From the NCBI GenBank assembly GCA_902560315.1, contig CACELG010000002.1, positions 134,857 to 198,856 of the forward strand: 64,000 bases of DNA, given 5' to 3'. Source of the DNA: an uncultured SAR86 cluster bacterium (GTDB lineage Bacteria > Pseudomonadota > Gammaproteobacteria > Magnimaribacterales > D2472). The notes beneath the pieces are model-generated. The model was not told the DNA's origin and ran no database searches. It saw nothing but the letters and a program-made list of their open reading frames with translations. Position numbers and translations under genes: made by a program. Of this stretch, positions 18,014-26,762 are shown piece by piece (the stretch's first letter is position 1; the number at the start of each line of letters is the position of its first letter).

Positions 18014-18823
18014 ATGAGTAAAGAAAAAAACTTACTTTTAAAAGAAAGAATGAAATTTGGCATACTTCGCCTTACTTTAAATGATCCAAAAAGTAAGAAT
18101 GCTTTGTCAAAAAAGATGATTTTTGAAATGATTGATGCCATTTCGCTTGCCTCTTCCACTGATGAAGTTAAGGTGATAATCATTGCGGCTAGTGGAGATG
18201 TTTATAGCGCTGGCCATGACCTAAAACAAATTACAGAAGCAAGAACTAATAAAGATAATAGCAGTGATTATTTTAGAGATTTATTTGAATCATGTTCGTC
18301 TTTAATGAAACTGATTGTTGAATGCCCTAAGCCTATTATTGCTGAGATTAATGGAATTGCTACTGCAGCTGGATGTCAACTTGTTGCATCATGTGATTTA
18401 GCAATATCATCAAATAGTTCAAAATTTGCAACGCCAGGAGTAAATATTGGCTTATTTTGCTCAACCCCAATGGTTGCCTTATCAAGGAATGTAAGTAAAA
18501 AAGATGCTATGAAGATGCTTTTAACGGGCGATATGATTAGTGCTCAAGAAGCAAAAAGAATTTCGTTAATCAATGAATGTGTTGCTGAGAATGATTTAAA
18601 AAAATCTGTATTGGACCTGGCAGAAAATATTTCTAAAAAGTCATCTAAGATTCTAAAAATAGGAAAAGAAGCATTTTATAATCAGTTAAATATGAATCTG
18701 TCAGATGCATATGAATATACTTCAAAAATAATGGCAGATAACATCCTTGAAGATGATGCCATTGAAGGTATAAATGCATTTCTTGAAAAAAGAGATGCCA
18801 ATTGGAGTGAGAATAATGAATGA
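18014..18823 (+). CDS. Enoyl-CoA hydratase/isomerase (crotonase) family protein
   Basis: Crotonase fold motifs: VIIIAASGDVYSAGHDLK, ING.ATAAGCQLV. C-terminal EGINAFLEKRDANW. Confidence 0.85.
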   Translation: MSKEKNLLLKERMKFGILRLTLNDPKSKNALSKKMIFEMIDAISLASSTDEVKVIIIAASGDVYSAGHDLKQITEARTNKDNSSDYFRDLFESCSSLMKLIVECPKPIIAEINGIATAAGCQLVASCDLAISSNSSKFATPGVNIGLFCSTPMVALSRNVSKKDAMKMLLTGDMISAQEAKRISLINECVAENDLKKSVLDLAENISKKSSKILKIGKEAFYNQLNMNLSDAYEYTSKIMADNILEDDAIEGINAFLEKRDANWSENNE

Positions 18824-19358
18824 TCCATTAGATCTTAAGAGATTTATAAGGACCGTGGATAACTTTCCAATAGATGGCATTGTTTTTAGAGATATTACAA
18901 GCTTGATTGAAGCGCCTGAAGCTTTTGTAAAAACTTGTGATGAATTAACAAAGATTACAAGAGAATTTGGAGCAAATATTATAGCTAGCATTGAAAGCAG
19001 GGGTTTTATTTTTGCTGGAACTATTGCTAGAGATCTTAGCCTGCCTTTTGTTCTAGCAAGAAAACCTGGTAAATTACCCAATAAAACTTTTAAAAAGAGT
19101 TTTGATCTTGAGTATGGTAGTACTTCTATAGAAATTCAGCAAAATACAGAAATTAAACCTGGTAAGAAAATTGTTATTGTTGACGATTTGGTTGCTACTG
19201 GTGGAACAGCAATAGCATGCGCTGAGTTGCTGACAGAAAACTTTGATGTCAGAAATGAGGATATATTAATTTTGTGTATAATTGATCTAACTAATCTCGG
19301 TGGTAGCGAATTAATAAGAGAAAAGGGGTACGCATTAAAAACTATCGTAGATTATTAA
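18816..19358 (+). CDS. apt: Adenine phosphoribosyltransferase
   Basis: FPIDGIVFRDITSL, ESRGFIFAG and IVIVDDLVATGGTA motifs. I prefer the ATG at 18816 (MNDPLDLK...), which overlaps the upstream stop as ATGAATGA, over the longer track ORF from 18774. Confidence 0.85.
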   Translation: MNDPLDLKRFIRTVDNFPIDGIVFRDITSLIEAPEAFVKTCDELTKITREFGANIIASIESRGFIFAGTIARDLSLPFVLARKPGKLPNKTFKKSFDLEYGSTSIEIQQNTEIKPGKKIVIVDDLVATGGTAIACAELLTENFDVRNEDILILCIIDLTNLGGSELIREKGYALKTIVDY

Positions 19359-20107
19359 TTCTTCTTAGTTATTAATCTCCACATATTAATTGCAGCGCTA
19401 AACTTTAAAAAAGGTTTTGTAAGCTTATAAACAATACCAGGAATTACCTCTGATTTTCCTTTCTTTGATGCTATTTCAGTTTGATTAACAACATTATTTG
19501 CACTAATCCACATCCAACTTGGTACCTTCGATTCCAAATGATCTAGCCCAGCTTTTTTATGAGCTTCGGTCTTAACATAACCAGGTAAACTAACTGTTAC
19601 TGAAATACCCTTATTTTCCAATTCAGCTGAAATAGATTTACCATACATATAAATGCCTGCTTTAGCGCTGGAGTATATTGAAGATTTTGGCATTGCAGTT
19701 ATTGCACCAATACTTGAAATAATAACTATCCTTCCAGTACCTTTTTTAACCATTTTTGGAGCAAATCCTTCAATAAGATCAATAATACCGCCACACATGA
19801 GGTAATATGCATCTTCTTTTTGTGATTCATTCAATTTTCCAATTGAGCCATTAATGGCAATACCAGCATTTGCAACAATTAGATCAGGAGTTTCGTAGTT
19901 TGATATTATTTCTTTAATTGAAGATTTCTTTGATAAATCAGCAAGATAAAAGTTTGCATCTGGATAATCTAATGCTTCTTTAGACCTAATTGATCTTTCT
20001 GCATTTTCTGAAATGAGATCTAGAATCCATCCTTCTTTTGATAAATGTTTAGCATACGCATAACCTATCCCTGAGGATGCTCCTGTAATTAAAGCTCTAG
20101 ATTTCAT
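19355..20107 (-). CDS. Short-chain dehydrogenase/reductase (SDR)
   Basis: ITGASSGIGYA cofactor motif and YSSAKAG catalytic motif. Confidence 0.85.
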   Translation of the reverse strand: MKSRALITGASSGIGYAYAKHLSKEGWILDLISENAERSIRSKEALDYPDANFYLADLSKKSSIKEIISNYETPDLIVANAGIAINGSIGKLNESQKEDAYYLMCGGIIDLIEGFAPKMVKKGTGRIVIISSIGAITAMPKSSIYSSAKAGIYMYGKSISAELENKGISVTVSLPGYVKTEAHKKAGLDHLESKVPSWMWISANNVVNQTEIASKKGKSEVIPGIVYKLTKPFLKFSAAINMWRLITKKN

Positions 20108-20169
20108 AATTTAATTATATATTTTATATCAGCTTAACTTGAATCAATTTTCTTTGATATCATTTAAAC

Positions 20170-21180
20170 ATGAAAGATTTATATGGAAGATTAATGATAG
20201 ATATAAATGGAAAGAATCTGTCAGAAGAAGATAAATTTATAATTTCTAACAAACATGTTGGTGGATTAATTCTTTTTTCAAGAAACTTTGAATCTTTTGA
20301 ACAATTAAAAAATCTTATAAGCGAAATAAATTCAATAAAAGAAAATATTATTATTGCTGTTGATCAAGAAGGAGGCAGAGTTCAGAGATTTAAAAATGAA
20401 TTCTCGCTCATCCCTTCTATGCAAGAAATTTCATTATATGCAAAAGAAAATAATGATATGGAAATTTTTACAGATTTAGCATGGTTAATTTCTAGTGAAT
20501 TAATGGCAGTTGGGATTGATATTAATTTTGCACCTGTTCTGGATGTAGATGAAAAAACTTCAAGTATCATAGGAGATAGAGCCTTTTCAAATAATGTTTC
20601 GGAAGTAATTTCATATACATCTAAATACATTGATGGCATGCATGATGCTGGTATGAGATCAACAGGAAAGCACTTCCCTGGTCATGGAGGTGTTTATGAA
20701 GATAGCCATCTACAATTGCCAATAGATAATAGGTCTATGGAAGACTTAATAGACTCAGATATTAAGCCATACAGAGAATTGAAGGATAAACTTGACATTG
20801 TAATGTGCGGGCATATTTTGTTTCCTGAAATTGATTCAAATATTCCAAGTTTTTCAAGCACTTGGATTCAAGAAATACTTAAAAAGGAGTTAAATTACCA
20901 AGGCCTGATAATAAGCGATGATCTGTCAATGGAGGGAGCAGTAGGAGAAAATTGTTCCATCAAAATAAGGGATTCATTTCAATCAGGTTGCGATATGGCA
21001 ATAATTTGTAATAACAGAGATGAAGTAAAAAATGCATTAAGTTTCTTAGATGATATTAAGATTGAGCCTATCAATAACATATCTAATATGAAGAAAACTA
21101 GAGATGTAGAATGGGATAAACTTCAATCTAATCAAAGAACAATAAAAATAAAAGATAAGTTAAACAAAATAAGGAGTTAA
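20170..21180 (+). CDS. nagZ: Beta-N-acetylhexosaminidase (GH3, peptidoglycan recycling)
   Basis: DQEGGRVQRF and KHFPGHGG motifs. NagZ-like size of about 336 aa. Confidence 0.85.
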   Translation: MKDLYGRLMIDINGKNLSEEDKFIISNKHVGGLILFSRNFESFEQLKNLISEINSIKENIIIAVDQEGGRVQRFKNEFSLIPSMQEISLYAKENNDMEIFTDLAWLISSELMAVGIDINFAPVLDVDEKTSSIIGDRAFSNNVSEVISYTSKYIDGMHDAGMRSTGKHFPGHGGVYEDSHLQLPIDNRSMEDLIDSDIKPYRELKDKLDIVMCGHILFPEIDSNIPSFSSTWIQEILKKELNYQGLIISDDLSMEGAVGENCSIKIRDSFQSGCDMAIICNNRDEVKNALSFLDDIKIEPINNISNMKKTRDVEWDKLQSNQRTIKIKDKLNKIRS

Positions 21181-21182
21181 AT

Positions 21183-21704
21183 ATGAGAAGAATAATTACA
21201 GGACATAATCAAGATGGAAGATCTATTGTTACCCTTGATGGTCCCCCTGCAAGATCAATTGGAGAAGATGTTGGAGGACTTTTTGAAGTATGGAATACCG
21301 ATGGCTCTGATATTATTTCAACTGATGAAATTGATAGAGCGGATGAAGATATACTATTATCACCACCAAGCGGCGGCACAAAATTTAGATATTTCCAGAT
21401 AAATCCTTTACCTGAAGGAGTTCCAGATGCAATGATGCAAGAAATTGCAGCAGATGCATTCGAAAAGATAGGCGCTGCACATCACAGAGTAGACACCAAA
21501 AAGCATCCAGCAATGCATAAGACTGAAACTATAGATTACATTATCTTATTACAAGGAGATGTTACTCTTATTCTTGATGAAGAAGAAATTGATTTAAAAC
21601 CTTTTGATGTAGTTGTTCAAAGGGGAACTAATCATGCTTGGGTTAATAATGGAGATAAACCAGCATTGTTAATAGCAGTTTTAATAGATAGTAATATCAA
21701 ATAG
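21183..21704 (+). CDS. Cupin domain protein
   Basis: C-terminal DYIILLQGDVTL...VVVQRGTNHAWVN beta-barrel signature. Confidence 0.6.
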   Translation: MRRIITGHNQDGRSIVTLDGPPARSIGEDVGGLFEVWNTDGSDIISTDEIDRADEDILLSPPSGGTKFRYFQINPLPEGVPDAMMQEIAADAFEKIGAAHHRVDTKKHPAMHKTETIDYIILLQGDVTLILDEEEIDLKPFDVVVQRGTNHAWVNNGDKPALLIAVLIDSNIK

Positions 21705-21709
21705 TTTAA

Positions 21710-23518
21710 TTAAAAACCAGCCCTTCCTTCTTGAATCACATTGTAGAAGTTCTGATCTAAAATAGTATATGTATTTTCTCCAGGCTTCTTAACAAAAATT
21801 TGATCTCCTTTGACTTTATCAAGATGATAAGCCTCTTCTCTTAAATCATTCTTTTTTAATTTAAATGTTCCTGTTGTTTCGAGCTCTTCAATAATTCTTA
21901 CAAAAATTGGCTGAGCATAGCTTGGCAGTTTTTCAGACACAAATTTAGAGAATTTTTTCCATTCAAAATCATTAAGATTGCAATTGAATGCAACCATTCC
22001 AGCCCTTCCTTCACTTTGCGGGACTTTAACTCCAAAAACATTAGCCATATTAACTTGATTAAATGCATTAAGAATTTCAGCAACTTCATTAGTTGAAACA
22101 TTTTCTGATTTCCATCTAAAAGTATCTCCAACTCTATCAACGAATTGATAATGCTGCCTTCCTAATGCAAAACCTACGTCCATAGTTTTTAGAAGGTCTC
22201 CAGTATCAAACCAACGATCTCCATCTTCCACAACATCTCTTATTATTTTCTTTTCACTTGCTTGAGCATCTGTGTATCCATTATAAATTGCATTTGGGCC
22301 AATTTTCATAAGAGCTAAACCTGGAGAATGATCTTTAATTTCAATATATTTACCATTTTCATCAACTTTTAATTTGTCTTCAGCCACATCATAAGCAAAA
22401 AGCTTTATATCTGTATTAGTCATACCTATTGTTTGATCTTTGTTAAGAAGATTCATAAACATACCGTTTGCTTCACTAGCTCCATATATTTCACATATTC
22501 TTTCAACATTAAATCTATTTCTAAACGTGTCCCACAGGTCTGGTCTAAGACCATTCCCAACCATTTTTGAAATTGGATTATTTACCTCTTCATTACATGG
22601 TTCTTGAAAGCTAAGATATCTGCATAGCTCACCAACATATACAAATGCAGTTGTATTAAATTTTTGAACTTCACCCCAAAAAGATGAAGCAGAAAATTTT
22701 CGCTTTATAAAAGTGGATGCGCCGACTTGAATACAAGCACATAAACCAAGAATTAGGCCTGTTGAATGATACAAAGGAAGACAATTATACATACAGTCGT
22801 CACTAGTTAGTCTATACCCAGCAATAGTTATGTTAGTAGATCCTGCCACAACTTTTACATTAGGAAATAATGCTGCTTTAGGAACACCAGTTGTACCAGA
22901 TGTGTAGATATAGAATGCAGTATCGCCAGCAACTACACTATTAGTTTGTTCAAGATTTAAAGATTTTGATTGATCAAGGTTTTCTTTTATATTAGAAGCC
23001 CATTCAGGACAATTATTTAGATTATTATCTTCAACCCATAATAAATCCGAAGATTTAGTAATATTAATTTCTGATAAAACATCCTCTAAGGAATTAGATA
23101 ACTCCTCACCAAAAATACATTTTTTTGAGTCAGATGTATTTATACAATGTACGAGAGGTTTTCCAGTAAGACTTGTATTGATTAATGCTCCAATCGCTCC
23201 CAATTTATTTATCGCTAATAGTGAAATAACAAAATTTGGCCTATTTTCCATAAATAAAACAATTTTATCACCATGCTCTATTCCTTCTTTTGAAAGTTTG
23301 TTTGCAAGAATATTTGCAGCTTCATTTGTTTGTGCATATGTCCATACCTCATCTTCAAAGTATAAAAAATCTTCTTCAGCATATTTTAGAACTGTTTCTT
23401 GAAAAGAGTGGGCAAGAGATGAATTAGAATCCAACTCAGGCCATTTATATCTTAGAAGAGGAATAATAAACTTTAACTCGCCAATTACTCTAAAAAATTC
23501 TGAAATTTTTTTAAACAT
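21710..23518 (-). CDS. Long-chain acyl-CoA synthetase, FATP/very-long-chain type
   Basis: YIYTSGTTGVPKAA AMP-binding motif and TGDL...DRVGDTFRWKSENVST block, typical of fatty-acid transport protein-type ligases. Confidence 0.8.
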   Translation of the reverse strand: MFKKISEFFRVIGELKFIIPLLRYKWPELDSNSSLAHSFQETVLKYAEEDFLYFEDEVWTYAQTNEAANILANKLSKEGIEHGDKIVLFMENRPNFVISLLAINKLGAIGALINTSLTGKPLVHCINTSDSKKCIFGEELSNSLEDVLSEINITKSSDLLWVEDNNLNNCPEWASNIKENLDQSKSLNLEQTNSVVAGDTAFYIYTSGTTGVPKAALFPNVKVVAGSTNITIAGYRLTSDDCMYNCLPLYHSTGLILGLCACIQVGASTFIKRKFSASSFWGEVQKFNTTAFVYVGELCRYLSFQEPCNEEVNNPISKMVGNGLRPDLWDTFRNRFNVERICEIYGASEANGMFMNLLNKDQTIGMTNTDIKLFAYDVAEDKLKVDENGKYIEIKDHSPGLALMKIGPNAIYNGYTDAQASEKKIIRDVVEDGDRWFDTGDLLKTMDVGFALGRQHYQFVDRVGDTFRWKSENVSTNEVAEILNAFNQVNMANVFGVKVPQSEGRAGMVAFNCNLNDFEWKKFSKFVSEKLPSYAQPIFVRIIEELETTGTFKLKKNDLREEAYHLDKVKGDQIFVKKPGENTYTILDQNFYNVIQEGRAGF

Positions 23519-23587
23519 TTTATAAATTAAATATATATAATTTCATATTATAATCCCACCACACTTTTTTATATAGGACAAAATAAT

Positions 23588-24757
23588 ATGAATAATCCAA
23601 CCAATTTTGATTTTGTAGTTTATGGTGCTTCTGGCTTTACAGGAAAGCTAGTTGTTGAGTATGCATTAGAAAAATATTCAATTGGTGATATTTCGTGGGC
23701 TATTGCAGGAAGAAATATACAAAAACTAGAATACCTCAAAGAGAAACTTAATTTACCTGATAGTGTTGGAATTATTGAAGTGGATAGTGAAGATCAATCT
23801 TCTATTGATAAATTAGTTGGTCAAACAAAATGTATATTAACAACTGTTGGACCATATCAACTATATGGAGATAAAGTGGTAAGAGCATGCGCATCCTCAG
23901 GAACAGATTATGTTGATTTATGTGGTGAGTCTGGATGGATGCACAAGATAATTGCTGAATGCTCAGATGAAGCAAAGGAATCGGGTGCAAGAATAATCTT
24001 TTCATGTGGTTTTGATAGTATTCCCTTTGATCTCGGCGTGCTATTTGTTCAAGAAGAGACGATGTCTAAACTTAATAAATATGCTCCTTCTGTAAGAGGA
24101 AGAGTCAGAGCTATGAATGGAGAATTTTCTGGAGGAACTGCAGCTTCTATGAAAGCAACAATGTCCTCTTTAAAATCAAATCCTGAACTTTTGAATATTC
24201 TTATAAATCCACATGCTTTATGTGAAGGATTTAAAGGTCCTAATCAAGCTGATGATTCAAAACCAGTCTATGACGAAGAGTTACAAACGTGGGTAGCGCC
24301 ATTTTTTATGGCTCCAATTAATACAAAAAATGTACATCGCTCTAATGCATTAATGAATCATATTTATGGAGAGGATTTTCAATACAATGAAATGTGGATT
24401 TCTGGTCCTGGAGACGAAGGAAAAGCAGTTGCAGATATGATAGCTACTGCTAATCCAATTGGTGGTGAAGATGCTCCAAAACCTGGAGAGGGGCCTTCAA
24501 GAGAGAAAAGGGAAAATGGTAATTATGATATTTTGTTTTGCGCTGATGTCGATAATAAAGTTATTAAAGCATCAGTTACTGGAGATATGGATCCTGGCTA
24601 TGGCTCAACTTCTAAAATGATTACTGAAAGTGCTGTATGTTTATTAAAGGAAGCAGATGATTTACCTGGAGGTATTTATACTCCAGCTTCTTCTTTAGGA
24701 AAGAGATTAATAAAAAGACTTCAAGATAATGCTGGCCTAACTTTCAAAGTTGAATAG
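23588..24757 (+). CDS. Saccharopine dehydrogenase-like NAD(P)-binding oxidoreductase (trans-acting enoyl reductase family)
   Basis: N-terminal FDFVVYGASGFTGKLV Rossmann motif, TTVGPYQLYG and GFDSIPFDLG blocks. Confidence 0.7.
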   Translation: MNNPTNFDFVVYGASGFTGKLVVEYALEKYSIGDISWAIAGRNIQKLEYLKEKLNLPDSVGIIEVDSEDQSSIDKLVGQTKCILTTVGPYQLYGDKVVRACASSGTDYVDLCGESGWMHKIIAECSDEAKESGARIIFSCGFDSIPFDLGVLFVQEETMSKLNKYAPSVRGRVRAMNGEFSGGTAASMKATMSSLKSNPELLNILINPHALCEGFKGPNQADDSKPVYDEELQTWVAPFFMAPINTKNVHRSNALMNHIYGEDFQYNEMWISGPGDEGKAVADMIATANPIGGEDAPKPGEGPSREKRENGNYDILFCADVDNKVIKASVTGDMDPGYGSTSKMITESAVCLLKEADDLPGGIYTPASSLGKRLIKRLQDNAGLTFKVE

Positions 24758-24758
24758 T

Positions 24759-25148
24759 TTATAGCTTTCCTTTTTCTCGAAGGCTAGCTCTAATTTTTGT
24801 GGCACTGATAGAAGAAATATCTTCATCAAATATTTCTTCTTCAAATACATATCCGACACCTCTACCATATGTAATATTGGTTATATTTGGAACAAGCATT
24901 ATCTCGTAATCTACACCTCTGTTATATCCATCTTTTTTTAGATTATTTTCGATATTCTTGCAAACTGTTTCCCAGGAGAACGGGTTATCGTCTTGTCCTT
25001 TTCCTCCTGATGCTCCTTCCACATCTCTAACTTGAATTATTACCTGACCAGTTTTATCAATACATCTTTTAAAAAGTTCTTGGTGGCCTTTGTGCCAAGG
25101 CTGCCATCTTCCAAGCATTTGAACTGTTGGTTTTTTCCAGTCAAACAT
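24759..25148 (-). CDS. Small cytidylyl/adenylyl-transferase-like nucleotidyltransferase
   Basis: GRWQPWHKGHQELF (HxGH motif) and ISATKIR (ISxTxxR motif). I prefer the start at 25148, which gives an ATGTTTGA overlap with the upstream stop. The track ORF extends to 25178. Confidence 0.6.
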   Translation of the reverse strand: MFDWKKPTVQMLGRWQPWHKGHQELFKRCIDKTGQVIIQVRDVEGASGGKGQDDNPFSWETVCKNIENNLKKDGYNRGVDYEIMLVPNITNITYGRGVGYVFEEEIFDEDISSISATKIRASLREKGKL

Positions 25149-25551
25149 TTTTAAGTATTTCCTTAGAAATTGTTTCATGATTGGTGTTATTCATTTCAGT
25201 TACTTTAAAATCAACATTGGAAGGTTCTTCAAACATTTTATTTGTATCTTCGTATCTACCAGATTTAATTGTATTCATCCATATGGTTACATCTGGATCA
25301 AAATTTTTTTTTGTTTCAACTGTTGGACAAACAAAATCACATATCACTATTCTGCCCTGACTTTTTTCATAGTCAGCTAGATTCTTCATTCGTAAGCTTT
25401 GCCTGATTCTGCCTTCAGGTGAGAAATCCCAATCGTTTGCCATCTCTCTAACTTTATCTGCGTTGTACCAAGCGGCTTTAAGAATTGGTTGCATTCTTTC
25501 AGCTAGATAAGTTTTACCACTTCCAGGAAGGCCCATAACTAATATTTTCAT
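25141..25551 (-). CDS. P-loop kinase, adenylyl-sulfate (APS) kinase-like
   Basis: MKILVMGLPGSGKTYLAE Walker A, then NADKVRE...DWDFSPEGRIRQSLRM...GRIVICDFVCP. This parallels the CysC pattern LDGDNVR...DLGFS..DR.ENIRR. Confidence 0.65.
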   Translation of the reverse strand: MKILVMGLPGSGKTYLAERMQPILKAAWYNADKVREMANDWDFSPEGRIRQSLRMKNLADYEKSQGRIVICDFVCPTVETKKNFDPDVTIWMNTIKSGRYEDTNKMFEEPSNVDFKVTEMNNTNHETISKEILKNV

Positions 25552-26654
25552 TATCTTTTTTTTGTAATACTAAATAATTCGTTTTTAAATTGAATTGCAC
25601 CAGAAGCATCTATAGTTCTTCTAATTTTATTATGCATTCTTTGATTTTTTTCTAAAGTTTGAATATCTTTTTCTGGTATTTGTCCTACGTATAATATATT
25701 TGCCCATTTTGCATCTGTGTTATGTCCAAATAATTCTGTGACTGTTTGATCAGGAGCTTTTTTAAATTTGAAATAATAACTAATAGGTTTTGAAAAACTA
25801 TATATATTATTTTCTCCAAAGGGATTATTTTTTAAATATTCAATTATATCTTTTGCATTATTTGGGAAAGCTTCTTTATCTTTAAATGCCATTTTTAAAA
25901 CTTTTTGGATTGAGTCACCACCAGATGAATGGGTTACTAAAAGCCTTCCAGATTTGTTAAGCAGCCTCATCAAAGGCCCTATAACGTTATTAACTTTTAC
26001 TTTTACTGATGCAGCAGCTCTATATGCTTGTGATGCAATTATTAGATCATAGTTATTATTCTTATAATCGTTTTTAAGGAATGTCTTGAGATATTTTTCA
26101 TTATCTTTTCTGTATATTCTTATAATACATGGATTTGAATAAGAGGTTCTTCCTTTATTGTCAATCTCAATACCCCAATTTTTTTTAATAAAATTTCCAA
26201 GAAGGGTGCCTGATATTTGGGAATTAAAATCAAATGAGTTATCACTATCAAGCATAAGATTAAATTGTTTTATTTTTTTGTCTTTGATTTTAGTTGAGCT
26301 CTCAACCAATCCTAACTCAGAAAACTTAACATTTGTCATTGTAACAAGCAGATTTGGATGTTCTGCAAATCGGTCAGGCATTTTTTCTAAAGTATTTTTT
26401 AAATCCTCATAACTTATCTCTTTTCCTGTAATCAAAAGAGATGTATACGGATGATATTTATGAAAGCTTTTGATTACATTTGATTTTATTGTTCCATCGC
26501 CAGTGCCAGCATCAAGTATTCTTAGATAAGATTTATTTTGAGAGAGACCAGCAATGTAGGGATAAATTTTTTCTGATATAGCTTTTTTTTCTCCAGTATT
26601 TTGGATAAATGATAGGTATTTCAATCTATCATCGAAGAATCTTTTTTTACCCAT
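25551..26654 (-). CDS. Class I SAM-dependent methyltransferase-like protein with large insertion, function unknown
   Basis: Motif I LRILDAGTGDGT, post-I LLITGKEIS, and later DLIIASQAY / GRLLVTH. No closer family recognised. Confidence 0.5.
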   Translation of the reverse strand: MGKKRFFDDRLKYLSFIQNTGEKKAISEKIYPYIAGLSQNKSYLRILDAGTGDGTIKSNVIKSFHKYHPYTSLLITGKEISYEDLKNTLEKMPDRFAEHPNLLVTMTNVKFSELGLVESSTKIKDKKIKQFNLMLDSDNSFDFNSQISGTLLGNFIKKNWGIEIDNKGRTSYSNPCIIRIYRKDNEKYLKTFLKNDYKNNNYDLIIASQAYRAAASVKVKVNNVIGPLMRLLNKSGRLLVTHSSGGDSIQKVLKMAFKDKEAFPNNAKDIIEYLKNNPFGENNIYSFSKPISYYFKFKKAPDQTVTELFGHNTDAKWANILYVGQIPEKDIQTLEKNQRMHNKIRRTIDASGAIQFKNELFSITKKR

Positions 26655-26762
26655 AAAATACCCCTAAAAAGTCTATATAAATAATAATCTAAATAACGAA
26701 ATAATGCATTTACTCATTTGATATTTTGAGATTAAAATAGCAGTAATTTTAAAGGAATTAAT

